Assembly: GCA_046483985.1 (NCBI GenBank)
Contig: JAWOCD010000114.1
Location: 1-16,986 of the forward strand
Direction of reading: 5' to 3'
Length of the DNA stretch: 16,986 nucleotides
Source: Promethearchaeia archaeon
GTDB taxonomy: Archaea; Asgardarchaeota; Lokiarchaeia; Sigyniarchaeales; SOKP01
Part shown: positions 1 through 8,534 of the stretch, piece after piece
Layout of the letters: each line of letters begins with the position of its first letter
How positions within the stretch are numbered: the stretch's first letter is position 1
The notes under the pieces: generated by a model
The model's database searches: none
Seen by the model: only the letters and a program-made list of their open reading frames with translations
Told to the model about the DNA's origin: nothing
Made by a program: the position numbers and the translations under genes

Positions 1-140
1 TCCGATGCATTAAGAGTACTTGTATTTAGAGTTTGGGGGGTATATGCATTACCAAAATTCATAATGAAAACAGGAACGATAAGCCCAATGACAATGCTGA
101 TGGCGAGTAAAATTTTCAAGTTTTTTTTCTTGACATTCAT
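1..140 (-). CDS. N-terminal fragment of a secreted or membrane-anchored protein (runs off the window edge)
   Basis: Manual translation from ATG at 140: MNVKKKNLKILLAISIVIGLIVPVFIMNFGNAYTPQTLNTSTLNAS..., open to base 1. Basic n-region plus hydrophobic h-region typical of a signal peptide. Divergent from the LysR gene. Not in the ORF track. Confidence 0.7.
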   Translation of the reverse strand, partial: MNVKKKNLKILLAISIVIGLIVPVFIMNFGNAYTPQTLNTSTLNAS

Positions 141-203
141 AGATAACAGCAATCTTCTTTTCTTCTTAAATCAATAAATCAAGCTTTTGATTTTAAATTT
201 ATT

Positions 204-216
204 TTGATCTGATCAA
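204..216. promoter_or_regulatory. Candidate LysR operator (T-N11-A palindrome)
   Basis: TTGATC-T-GATCAA is a perfect 6-bp inverted repeat with a 1-nt spacer, fits T-N11-A, and lies in the divergent intergenic region upstream of the LysR gene. Confidence 0.4.
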
Positions 217-302
217 CAATCATTTAAATTAAAATTATTAATATTATAAATATTCTTTAAATTGTAAATATCTCAACTATTTAAATTCAACTGTGAAAAC
301 TT

Positions 303-1196
303 GTGAAAATCTCCTATATCCGAAACTTCATTAAATTAGTCAAGACAGAGAGTTTCTCGAAGCTCGCCACCAATATTAGCATCTCCCAATCCACCCTCTC
401 TCATCAAATTATGCAATTGGAAGAGAATTTTCATGTAAAACTGATAGACCGAACAACGCGTAAATTTCGATTAACAAAAGCGGGCGAAATTTTCTTGAAG
501 TATGCTGAAGAAATTATTGATCTCATCGATAATTGCAGAGCAGAACTCTCTGGATACTCCGATACCCTCATGCAAGACATTCAAATTAGCGCTTCGACTA
601 TTCCGGGTTCTCATATTTTGCCAAAATATTTTACAAAATTTAAAAATGAACATCCCCATGTTAATTTCAAAGTCTCTATTAATAATTCGAAATCCTCGTT
701 AGCGAAATTGAGTAAAGACCTTGTTACATTTGTAGGAATTGGAAGTTTTTTGGGCCATTCGAAAAGAGAGTATGATTATATTTCTATCGGAAACGATAAG
801 ATCGTCATTATCTGTGCACCAGACCATGAACTTCTCGAAAATGATGAAGATCGGATCGAATTTGAGGCGCTAAAAGAGTTTCCTTGGGTAAATCGTGAAC
901 CGGGGTCCGGAACCAGAAATTTTTTTGAGCAGCAATTTCCTAGACATAAAGAACTTGACTTTAAACTCGAAATCAATGATAATGATTCCATCATTTCGGC
1001 GGTCACTGATTCTAATTATATTTCTTATTTGAGTAATTATGTCGCGCAAAAGGCCGAAGATGCGGGATTAATAAAGATTCTTAATATTAAGGAAGAATCA
1101 ATTATCGCGGAGCGAGAAATTTATTTAGTAAAACAAAAAAATAAAAAATTAAAGGAAATTGAACAAAAATTTTGGAATTTTATTGCGGATATTTAA
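303..1196 (+). CDS. LysR-family transcriptional regulator (CysL/CbbR-like effector domain)
   Basis: N-terminal wHTH (SFSKLA...ISQSTLSHQIMQLEENFHVKLIDRTTR...LTKAGE), ASTIPG and NREPGSGTR motifs, 297 aa, GTG start. Confidence 0.93.
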   Translation: MKISYIRNFIKLVKTESFSKLATNISISQSTLSHQIMQLEENFHVKLIDRTTRKFRLTKAGEIFLKYAEEIIDLIDNCRAELSGYSDTLMQDIQISASTIPGSHILPKYFTKFKNEHPHVNFKVSINNSKSSLAKLSKDLVTFVGIGSFLGHSKREYDYISIGNDKIVIICAPDHELLENDEDRIEFEALKEFPWVNREPGSGTRNFFEQQFPRHKELDFKLEINDNDSIISAVTDSNYISYLSNYVAQKAEDAGLIKILNIKEESIIAEREIYLVKQKNKKLKEIEQKFWNFIADI

Positions 1197-1269
1197 AGGT
1201 TTTTTTTCAATAAAATTTATAGTAAATAAGAAAAATTAGATATATAGAGAACGATTACTAAAAAAACAA

Positions 1270-2667
1270 ATGATTTATATGGCTGAGGAAGCAGACCGAG
1301 AAGCCTTTTTAGATGATTTAGATAATACTATTAATAGATTCATGGATCTTTCTTTCACAAAGATTGTTGCAATCTCACATAATGATGCAGATGGCATAAG
1401 TAGCCTTCATTTGATTCAAAACCTATTATACAAGATGCGAGTTGATTATGATTATTTTATTTATAATCGTTCTATGTCTTGGTCGAACTATTTAGATGGA
1501 ATTTTGCCCAGAACCTCAACCGAGAAAAAAGCATTCATATTTACCGATGTAGGATCCAATCTAAATGAATTAGTTCCTCTTATTCGTAAAAGAAAAGAAC
1601 ATTTTTTTATTCTGGATCATCATGAAGTTTCAGATAGTAATCTTGAGGAATATGAGCCTCCCGAAAATTTACACTTTGTAAATCCCACAGTTTATGGATT
1701 TGATGGTCTCGATCATATGGCGGGAGCTACTTTAACTTATATGTTTACAAAAAAAATTGTTCCTGATGTGTTAAGACAAGGCTGGTTAACCCTTATAGGA
1801 ATTGCGGGAGATTCTTTAAAACCGATGGATCAGCTGAAGTCATTTAATCGAGAGATATATCAAGAATTGTTAGAAGAGGAAATTTTTGAAGATAGAGAAG
1901 GATTATTACTTTTTGGTGCGATGCATCAATCCATCCAAAAAGGATTAAAATATTCAATTCTCCCCTTTCTGGAAGGATTTGGTGGGGAGGATGACAAAGT
2001 TATCAAAGAATTTCTTAGAAATATTGGAATAAATCCCAAAAAGAAAGTGGAAAGACTTAATCATGAAGAGATTGAAAAGATTCAAAAACACGGGAATTTT
2101 GAAAGTGAAGGGCATTACGCAATCTTACCAAACAAAAAAGGGCATTTAAAATTTGCATTTGAACATGGATTATTACTCAACATATTATGTTTTAAGAATA
2201 TAAGTGCCGCGCTTTCCATGGTACGCCAAAAAACAATTACCAGATATGCTAAACGAGTATATCATGAGTATATATCTAATTTGGTACAAAATCTCAGAAC
2301 CTTAATCAACTTAGATAAGTATGAAACGGAAAAGGGAATCTTTATTAATGCAGGAAAGAGCAGAATTCCGCCCAGTAATTGGTCGGATACAGCAAGTTTT
2401 ACTACCGTGAATGAAATTTTAGACCCTTACAAAATACTCTTTTTGGGGGGAGAAGAAAAACGAAATGCTATGATAAAATTAAGCATTCGATGCACAAGAA
2501 AATTTCTGGCCGCCCATGACGGGAAGGGAGTAAATAATTTAATTAGCAAAATAAAAGCGAATTATGGGGGCGTGGGTGGAGGCCATAAATTAGCCGGAGG
2601 GATTAGACTTTCAATCGCTTCTTATAAGAGACTCAAACAAAATGTAGATGACTTGATAAATTCTTAA
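1270..2667 (+). CDS. DHH/DHHA1 phosphoesterase, archaeal RecJ/Cdc45-like
   Basis: Motifs SHNDADG, FTDVG, ILDHH, IAGD and C-terminal DHHA1 GGGHKLAGG. The true start may be the second Met (1279). Confidence 0.88.
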   Translation: MIYMAEEADREAFLDDLDNTINRFMDLSFTKIVAISHNDADGISSLHLIQNLLYKMRVDYDYFIYNRSMSWSNYLDGILPRTSTEKKAFIFTDVGSNLNELVPLIRKRKEHFFILDHHEVSDSNLEEYEPPENLHFVNPTVYGFDGLDHMAGATLTYMFTKKIVPDVLRQGWLTLIGIAGDSLKPMDQLKSFNREIYQELLEEEIFEDREGLLLFGAMHQSIQKGLKYSILPFLEGFGGEDDKVIKEFLRNIGINPKKKVERLNHEEIEKIQKHGNFESEGHYAILPNKKGHLKFAFEHGLLLNILCFKNISAALSMVRQKTITRYAKRVYHEYISNLVQNLRTLINLDKYETEKGIFINAGKSRIPPSNWSDTASFTTVNEILDPYKILFLGGEEKRNAMIKLSIRCTRKFLAAHDGKGVNNLISKIKANYGGVGGGHKLAGGIRLSIASYKRLKQNVDDLINS

Positions 2668-2706
2668 CTTCCTTAAAAATATAAATTGGTCGTAATTTTT
2701 AATTGT

Positions 2707-3018
2707 ATGAATATTCATCAGATAAAAGAATCTAAGAGGAACATTTTTTTATTACAAGTTTATGTACAACCAAACTCTCGTCGTGAAAAAATAGAACCGG
2801 ACGGAGATTATATTGCGATTTCTGTGAAGGCTAAAGCCAAGAGAAATAAAGCTAATAAAGATTTGATTAAACTACTTAAGAAAAAGCTTGATCTTTCCTC
2901 TCATCATATTCAGATCCTCTCTGGTCATACTAACACGGACAAAATTATCCAATTAGATTATTCCCCTCTTGATGAAAAAATTCCTAAACAAGAAATTTTA
3001 GATAAAATCTTAAAATAG
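2707..3018 (+). CDS. DUF167 / UPF0235 (YggU-like) protein
   Basis: Pattern VYVQPNS...ISVKAKA..NKANKDLIKLLKKKL...IQILSGHTNTDK. ATG at 2707 preferred over the TTG at 2686 used by the ORF track. Confidence 0.85.
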   Translation: MNIHQIKESKRNIFLLQVYVQPNSRREKIEPDGDYIAISVKAKAKRNKANKDLIKLLKKKLDLSSHHIQILSGHTNTDKIIQLDYSPLDEKIPKQEILDKILK

Positions 3019-3023
3019 TTTGA

Positions 3024-3374
3024 TTAACTTCCGATTTTAATCATCTTCCCACATTTTAAGCACGTGATAAAGTGGGTCATCCCCTCATCCGCACTTCGTG
3101 TTTGTTTTGTTTCTAAATGGGCTTTTTTATATCCACAGCGAGGGCATTTAAAATCCTTTATCGTAGAAGAAAGATTTTTGTTTTTCCAATCCAAAAACTG
3201 CTTCATGGAAACAACTTCCTCGGTTAGGGAATGCTTTACTTCCTTTTTAATTTGGTAATCCTTCTTTTTCTCTTCAGCTAACCTTCTAGAAGCTCCACAT
3301 TTACATTTAAGGATTACTTTTCCATCCCTTTTACTGGGAAGCATTAGGCCCCCACACTTGTCGCAGAATTCTAT
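3024..3374 (-). CDS. tfs: Transcription elongation factor TFS (RpoM/Rpb9/TFIIS-like)
   Basis: C-terminal zinc ribbon CPRC...QTRSADEGMTHFITCLKC with the acidic DE hairpin. The N-terminal zinc ribbon (EFCDKCGGLMLP...CKCG) is complete only if translation starts upstream of ATG 3344, at ATA 3374. Confidence 0.92.
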   Translation of the reverse strand: MEFCDKCGGLMLPSKRDGKVILKCKCGASRRLAEEKKKDYQIKKEVKHSLTEEVVSMKQFLDWKNKNLSSTIKDFKCPRCGYKKAHLETKQTRSADEGMTHFITCLKCGKMIKIGS

Positions 3375-3455
3375 ACTTATCTCAACTCTTAATCCTTATG
3401 ATGTTTAAAAATCAATGATCTAAGAAAAATTTTATCACTTTTTTTACTACTTTGC

Positions 3456-4442
3456 TCACCATTTTATTCCTGTTATTAATCCACAATAAATTATGCCCGC
3501 AACTAAATCTGCCGTTGTTCCCGGATTAAGATTCCCTTTTTCCTTTTGGAGTTTCTTATCTAATTTAAATGCCATTTTTAATCCTTCTTCTGAGGTTATC
3601 CCTCCTTGTTTTAGGATAGATTGTGCTTCCTTTGAAACTGAATTTGCTGCTTCTTTCCCAGATTTTCGTACGATTAAACTATCTGGAAATTTTCCAAGAA
3701 TTTTTAAAAAGGTATTCACCACCGCTTGATTTATATCTCCTGTGCGTCTAAATTGTCTTAAAAAATACGGTAATCCCGTATGTAGAATTATTTGAAAATT
3801 TGTCATGTATTCTCGAGAAATTAAATCATAAGACTGGGATATTTCAAAGACATCCTTTAGGGTTGCATTATCTTTTTGTATCTGCTTAATCGCCGCCTCA
3901 TCGGTAATATCATATTTTTTAACTTTACCCAATCCCCCAGGTTTACATATATGCATCGCCTCATAGAGATCAATGGTGTCTTTCGTGGTTGTACTACTTA
4001 TAATGTCATGTAAGTAAATTTCCAATTTTTCGATACTCTTTTTATTTGTTTCTATACATAAAACAGTGGCAGCAGTCAAGGGAGCTAATATAAGTAGATG
4101 GCCGAGGAGTACATTACCCCCCTTTTGCCATTTCATCATGACCGCGCCTGCAGACTTAAAAAATTTCCCTAATCTGATAGCATCATACGATATTTCTCCT
4201 TTATTGATACACTTTTTAGTCCTTTCACATAATTTTCTAAAATTAGGTTGGATTGCCGTTACCCCAGCTAATAAATGTTCGAAACGTGTGTCATTAAAAT
4301 CCATAGTTCTATGTACATTACCAGGTTTGGGATAACCAGATATTTCCAAAAGACTGGCTAATGAAACGCAACGAAGTATGTCGTCAAGAGAGGACAGAAC
4401 TATCTTCAAATTTTCGGGCACACAATATAATATATTTCTCAA
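3456..4442 (-). CDS. citG: Archaeal-type CitG family triphosphoribosyl-dephospho-CoA synthase
   Basis: Motifs LLEISGYPKPGNVHR, NVLLG, PDSLIVRK, NPGTTAD. Start uncertain (TTG 4442 or a downstream GTG). Confidence 0.85.
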   Translation of the reverse strand: MRNILYCVPENLKIVLSSLDDILRCVSLASLLEISGYPKPGNVHRTMDFNDTRFEHLLAGVTAIQPNFRKLCERTKKCINKGEISYDAIRLGKFFKSAGAVMMKWQKGGNVLLGHLLILAPLTAATVLCIETNKKSIEKLEIYLHDIISSTTTKDTIDLYEAMHICKPGGLGKVKKYDITDEAAIKQIQKDNATLKDVFEISQSYDLISREYMTNFQIILHTGLPYFLRQFRRTGDINQAVVNTFLKILGKFPDSLIVRKSGKEAANSVSKEAQSILKQGGITSEEGLKMAFKLDKKLQKEKGNLNPGTTADLVAGIIYCGLITGIKW

Positions 4443-4493
4443 AAATAAGAATCTTATTAAAAAGTGATAACGGAACTTCAGAGAAATAAAGAA

Positions 4494-4811
4494 TTAGTAG
4501 TAGGTAAACTCAATAACTTTTCGTTCTTTTACCATATAACCGTCCTTATCGGGGTGATTTAAGGAAATTGGGCGGAAGTCTTCTTTTAAATCCCGTTTAT
4601 ATAAAAACTTTCTTATCCTCAAACGAAGAGTACGTTTTGAAAAATCTGGAGGCACTTCACAGATTAGTTCGCTTCCTTCTCGAGTAATTTGAATTTGTGG
4701 TAATTGTTCTGAAAGAAACCGTATTAAATCAACTACAATTTCTTCTCTTTGGAAACTAAGGTCTTTTACATCAATTATTAACGTCTTTGTTGATGCTCCT
4801 GATTCACTCAT
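4494..4811 (-). CDS. rpl22e: Ribosomal protein eL22 (L22e) homolog
   Basis: FSKRTLRLRIRKFLYKRDLKEDFRPIS resembles the eukaryotic eL22 core as recalled ([27 protein letters not shown]). N-terminal IID strand, 105 aa, translation-gene context. Confidence 0.8.
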   Translation of the reverse strand: MSESGASTKTLIIDVKDLSFQREEIVVDLIRFLSEQLPQIQITREGSELICEVPPDFSKRTLRLRIRKFLYKRDLKEDFRPISLNHPDKDGYMVKERKVIEFTYY

Positions 4812-4889
4812 AATTAAATCAATTAGCTCTTTTTGTAAGAGAAATATGGAATATTATAAATTTTTTTTGTTTTTGGAGAAATGCAAAAG

Positions 4890-6569
4890 TTATCGTAATT
4901 TTTCGAGATCTATTTCTAATGCGCTAGCGGGAAACTCCAACTTAAAATTTACAAGCACTTCTGGATGGATTTCTCCAATTTCTCCCACTTTTTCACCTTT
5001 CACTATTATATCCCCGCAGCGACCGGCAATATATGTCTCATTTTCACCTGGTTTAACTTCAAAATCTGTTTTATATCCTAAGGAGGTCATGATGAAATCC
5101 AAAGTTGAGCGTATTTCTGTGAAATCAGCATCTTCGTGATATGTAATTGCCGCTAAATGAACTTCTCGGGATGCGCCTGTTTCTTCACTCTCGTCTAGAA
5201 TTATGACATCTCCCACTTCAAATATTCTCAGTGGTTTTTCTTCCGAACGGTTAAATTGCAAGGTTTCCATTAACTTTGGTAATATCTTGGTTCGAGCGGT
5301 ATTATATTCCTTCGATACGGGATTTGCTATCTGAAGTAATTTATCTTCTTCATATTTTTGATTCATATAGTCGTAATGCCGTTCAACATTACTTAAGATG
5401 AAGGTTAATACTTCTAAATATCCCGCTCCAATCATGATAGTGCGAACTTTGTTGGAAAACTCTTGTATAGGATGGAACTTGCCGATACATCCTTCTCTGA
5501 TTGTTTTGGGCAAATTATTATATCCATAGCCTATTGCACAATCTTCGGTAAAATCACACGGATGCATAATATCTCCTCTATATGCTGGTACCCAAATATC
5601 CAAATACCCTTCTTTTTTTGCCTTTTTGGCATCCATTCTCACTTTTTCAAAACATTTTATCATTTCATCAGCGTTTAAATCTATTCCGATATAATCATTT
5701 ACGTAATCGATATTGATTTCCCATTTATTGGGTTCCAAATCGGGCGTTATAATTTGTCCCCGTTCTCCAGGATAATTAATGTTTACGTGTTCGAGCTGAG
5801 CCCCCGTATCTGCAAGCATGGTCGATAAGATATTTATTGCTAAATTCACATCTTGAAAGTTGGTTCCTGTTAAATCTAAGAATAAATTCTTTGTCTCATC
5901 AGTAACCGTGGTCAACACACCGTTAATAATTGGAGGAAACGAGATAACTTCGTCATTATTATCTAAAAGTACTGGATATACTTCTTTCCCTTCCAAAATA
6001 TGGGCATATTCAATTCCTTTTTCATGATATTTTAAAATTTCTTCAAGATCATATGGCTCGCCATCCCCATGTAATGGTACAAAACTAATTTCTTTAGGTT
6101 TTACAGCCTTATATCGAAACGGAGGAGTAATTTTATCCAAATCATGAACTCCGATTGCCACCTTTTTTCGATCTCTCCCCACAGCCCAATGGAGTTGTTC
6201 TTGAATATTCATTAATGTTGCTACCTCATCCTCGTCTAAATCTATATTCCTTATAACTCCACAGACAATATAGGGACGTACCCGATTTACACTTCCCTCT
6301 ACGTTCATTTCAACGTTACCCTCCTGAATATCATATCTTGGAACACCCGTTTCGATTTCATAGTACCCTTTCAAGACCCGGGCAATACCCTCGGGACTCG
6401 AAAAATCTGGTCTATTTGGATTATATTCAACTTTTATCGTATTTTCTTCTTCGTTCACATCTTCAAGGTCCAAACTTATCCATTGTAGATCATATTCTAA
6501 CTCTTTAATATCGAGTTCCTTTCCCACTAACCGTTCTAATCGTCCAATTTTTAATTCTAATGTTGGCAT
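4890..6569 (-). CDS. pheT: Phenylalanyl-tRNA synthetase beta subunit (archaeal/eukaryotic type)
   Basis: MPT start, NPNRPDFSS, QEQLH...GRDRKKVAIGVHDLD, SFPPIING, YRGDIMHPCD..ED.AIGYGY, IGEIHPEVL; 559 aa. Confidence 0.97.
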   Translation of the reverse strand: MPTLELKIGRLERLVGKELDIKELEYDLQWISLDLEDVNEEENTIKVEYNPNRPDFSSPEGIARVLKGYYEIETGVPRYDIQEGNVEMNVEGSVNRVRPYIVCGVIRNIDLDEDEVATLMNIQEQLHWAVGRDRKKVAIGVHDLDKITPPFRYKAVKPKEISFVPLHGDGEPYDLEEILKYHEKGIEYAHILEGKEVYPVLLDNNDEVISFPPIINGVLTTVTDETKNLFLDLTGTNFQDVNLAINILSTMLADTGAQLEHVNINYPGERGQIITPDLEPNKWEINIDYVNDYIGIDLNADEMIKCFEKVRMDAKKAKKEGYLDIWVPAYRGDIMHPCDFTEDCAIGYGYNNLPKTIREGCIGKFHPIQEFSNKVRTIMIGAGYLEVLTFILSNVERHYDYMNQKYEEDKLLQIANPVSKEYNTARTKILPKLMETLQFNRSEEKPLRIFEVGDVIILDESEETGASREVHLAAITYHEDADFTEIRSTLDFIMTSLGYKTDFEVKPGENETYIAGRCGDIIVKGEKVGEIGEIHPEVLVNFKLEFPASALEIDLEKLR

Positions 6570-6588
6570 CTCTTATATTCCCCTTTTT

Positions 6589-8124
6589 TTAATAAGATTC
6601 ATTCCTTAACCATTTAATTGGGTTTATATATAAGTCTCGTATGTCATCTCTCTCAAAACGTAGCATTGCAAGTCTTTCTAGCCCTAATCCCCAAGCTAAA
6701 ACTCTCGTGGGATTTTCTATCCCCCATGGGTAAGTAACCTCTGGACGAAAAATTCCTGACCCGCCCATTTCTAACCATTCTCCCAACTTGTCATAATATA
6801 CTGCGATTTCCATGCTGGGTTCGGTATAAGGAAAAAACCCAGGTCGGGTAATTATCTTTTCAAATCCCATCTTTTTGTAAAATTCGGAGATAACCCCAAT
6901 AAGATCGCAGAGAGTTACATTTTCTCCAATGACAATTCCTTCAATTTGCATAAATTCGGCCAAGTGGCTTTTATCTACACTCTCATTTCGGAATACTCTG
7001 TCAATGGAAAACACCTTAATGGGTGGTACGTCATTATTCCGATAAAATTTCGCTAATCGTCGAATAGTTGTTGCTGTGGTATGGGTTCGTAGAAGAGTTT
7101 GTCGTGCAATCTTTTCTGACCAGTCATAACCCCAACCTGTTGAACCAGATCCCCCTCCATCCTCATGAATGGCTCTTAGTTTTTTTACGTTGTCCTCCTC
7201 GGGAAGATCTGCTGTCTTTGGATTGTCAAGGTAAAATGTATCATGAAGTTCTCTTGCGGGATGATCTTGCGGTTGAAACAAGGCATCGAAGTTGAAAAAA
7301 GCACTTTCAACTATCGGACCTCTTATTTCTGTAAACCCTAACGAGAGGAAAATCTCTCTGATCTCATTAATGAGCTGTATGACTGGATGGAGTTTACCAG
7401 CTTTTAGTTCTGGTCCTGGTTTCGTCACATCAAAACTTTTGAGTTCATACTCTTTCCATGAACCATCGCTCAACATTTTGGGGGTGATCTTACTGATCAT
7501 TTTTAGCTCTTCAATTTCAGACATATCAATTTCTTTTCCATCCTCCGTAAGGTATATGATTCTCTGAGTTCTCCTTGTTTTATCAATCAATTTCCGTTTA
7601 TTTAATAGACTAATATAGGATTTTTCTTCTTTAGTGAACTTAGAATAATCATATTCGTTTTTTTCTTTAAAAATGTCCATGAATTTCTCTAGGTCAGTTT
7701 TAGGAAATTTCTCCTCTAGTAAAAATACTTTATGTTCCCCGGTTGCTTTACTTTGAGCTATTAGTCGATCTTCTTTTAAATTTGAGAGACCCACATAAAA
7801 GATCTGTTTGCTTAAACAGGATTTCTCTAAAAATTCTGATAAACTAATTTCTTTAATATTATTTTCCAGTAAATAGTTAAATAATTGGCGTTCTGGCAAT
7901 CCCTTTTGTAGATAGGATCTCCCTTCTTCATTTAATGTAACTTTATTTATCTCAATTTCTTTAAAATCCGCCAAATTATGATCCTTTAAGTCATTAATTG
8001 CGGCCATGAGTACGATATAATCAATATCCAATTGATCTGCTAAGTTGGAAGCAACGTACTCTTTACCTTTCTTCTTTAAGATTTTTAAAATCTCTATGAC
8101 TTGTTCTCTAAGTCTGATTGTCAT
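6589..8124 (-). CDS. pheS: Phenylalanyl-tRNA synthetase alpha subunit (archaeal/eukaryotic type)
   Basis: NFDALFQPQDHPARELHDTFY, LLRTHTT, DRVFRNE, FFPYTEPS, GSGIFRPE, AWGLGLERL; long N-terminal extension. Confidence 0.97.
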   Translation of the reverse strand: MTIRLREQVIEILKILKKKGKEYVASNLADQLDIDYIVLMAAINDLKDHNLADFKEIEINKVTLNEEGRSYLQKGLPERQLFNYLLENNIKEISLSEFLEKSCLSKQIFYVGLSNLKEDRLIAQSKATGEHKVFLLEEKFPKTDLEKFMDIFKEKNEYDYSKFTKEEKSYISLLNKRKLIDKTRRTQRIIYLTEDGKEIDMSEIEELKMISKITPKMLSDGSWKEYELKSFDVTKPGPELKAGKLHPVIQLINEIREIFLSLGFTEIRGPIVESAFFNFDALFQPQDHPARELHDTFYLDNPKTADLPEEDNVKKLRAIHEDGGGSGSTGWGYDWSEKIARQTLLRTHTTATTIRRLAKFYRNNDVPPIKVFSIDRVFRNESVDKSHLAEFMQIEGIVIGENVTLCDLIGVISEFYKKMGFEKIITRPGFFPYTEPSMEIAVYYDKLGEWLEMGGSGIFRPEVTYPWGIENPTRVLAWGLGLERLAMLRFERDDIRDLYINPIKWLRNESY

Positions 8125-8303
8125 ACCAAATCTTGATCACAAATTAATTTTCTATTATAAATGAATTAAATGTTTAATTTATTTAAAGTTTTTGACCTTT
8201 ATCTTCTCTATTTTTAACGAAACTTGGTCTATTGTAAATTTTAGAGGAGAATTTATGCCATATTTTTGGATTATCATTTTTTTAGAATTGTCTGATATCT
8301 TTT

Positions 8304-8356
8304 TCCGCAGCCAAGAGAATATCATTCATTTTTAGAAAGTTTATTCTCTTGGCGGA
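8304..8356. repeat. Inverted repeat / hairpin in the pheS-rbcL divergent intergenic region
   Basis: GCCAAGAGAATA (8310-8321) and TATTCTCTTGGC (8342-8353) form a perfect 12-bp stem with a 20-nt loop, extendable by TCC/GGA across a 3-nt bulge. Confidence 0.75.
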
Positions 8357-8534
8357 TTAAAGAAACTAAAAAATGAGATAACTGGAACATGAGCTTGTTG
8401 TTTAGAGATATTTTTTTTCCCAATAATTACATTCATCTCTTTTTTCACTCACGATCCTACTGTTTAATAAAATCTAAATTGCGATACCTAAAAAATTTTT
8501 TTAAACTAGTATCTTTTTAAAGTATTAGTAAAAG

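Noticed and set aside
8255-8335. PheM-like Phe-rich attenuator for pheST
   Set aside because: The micro-ORF is on the strand opposite pheS, so it cannot be its leader.
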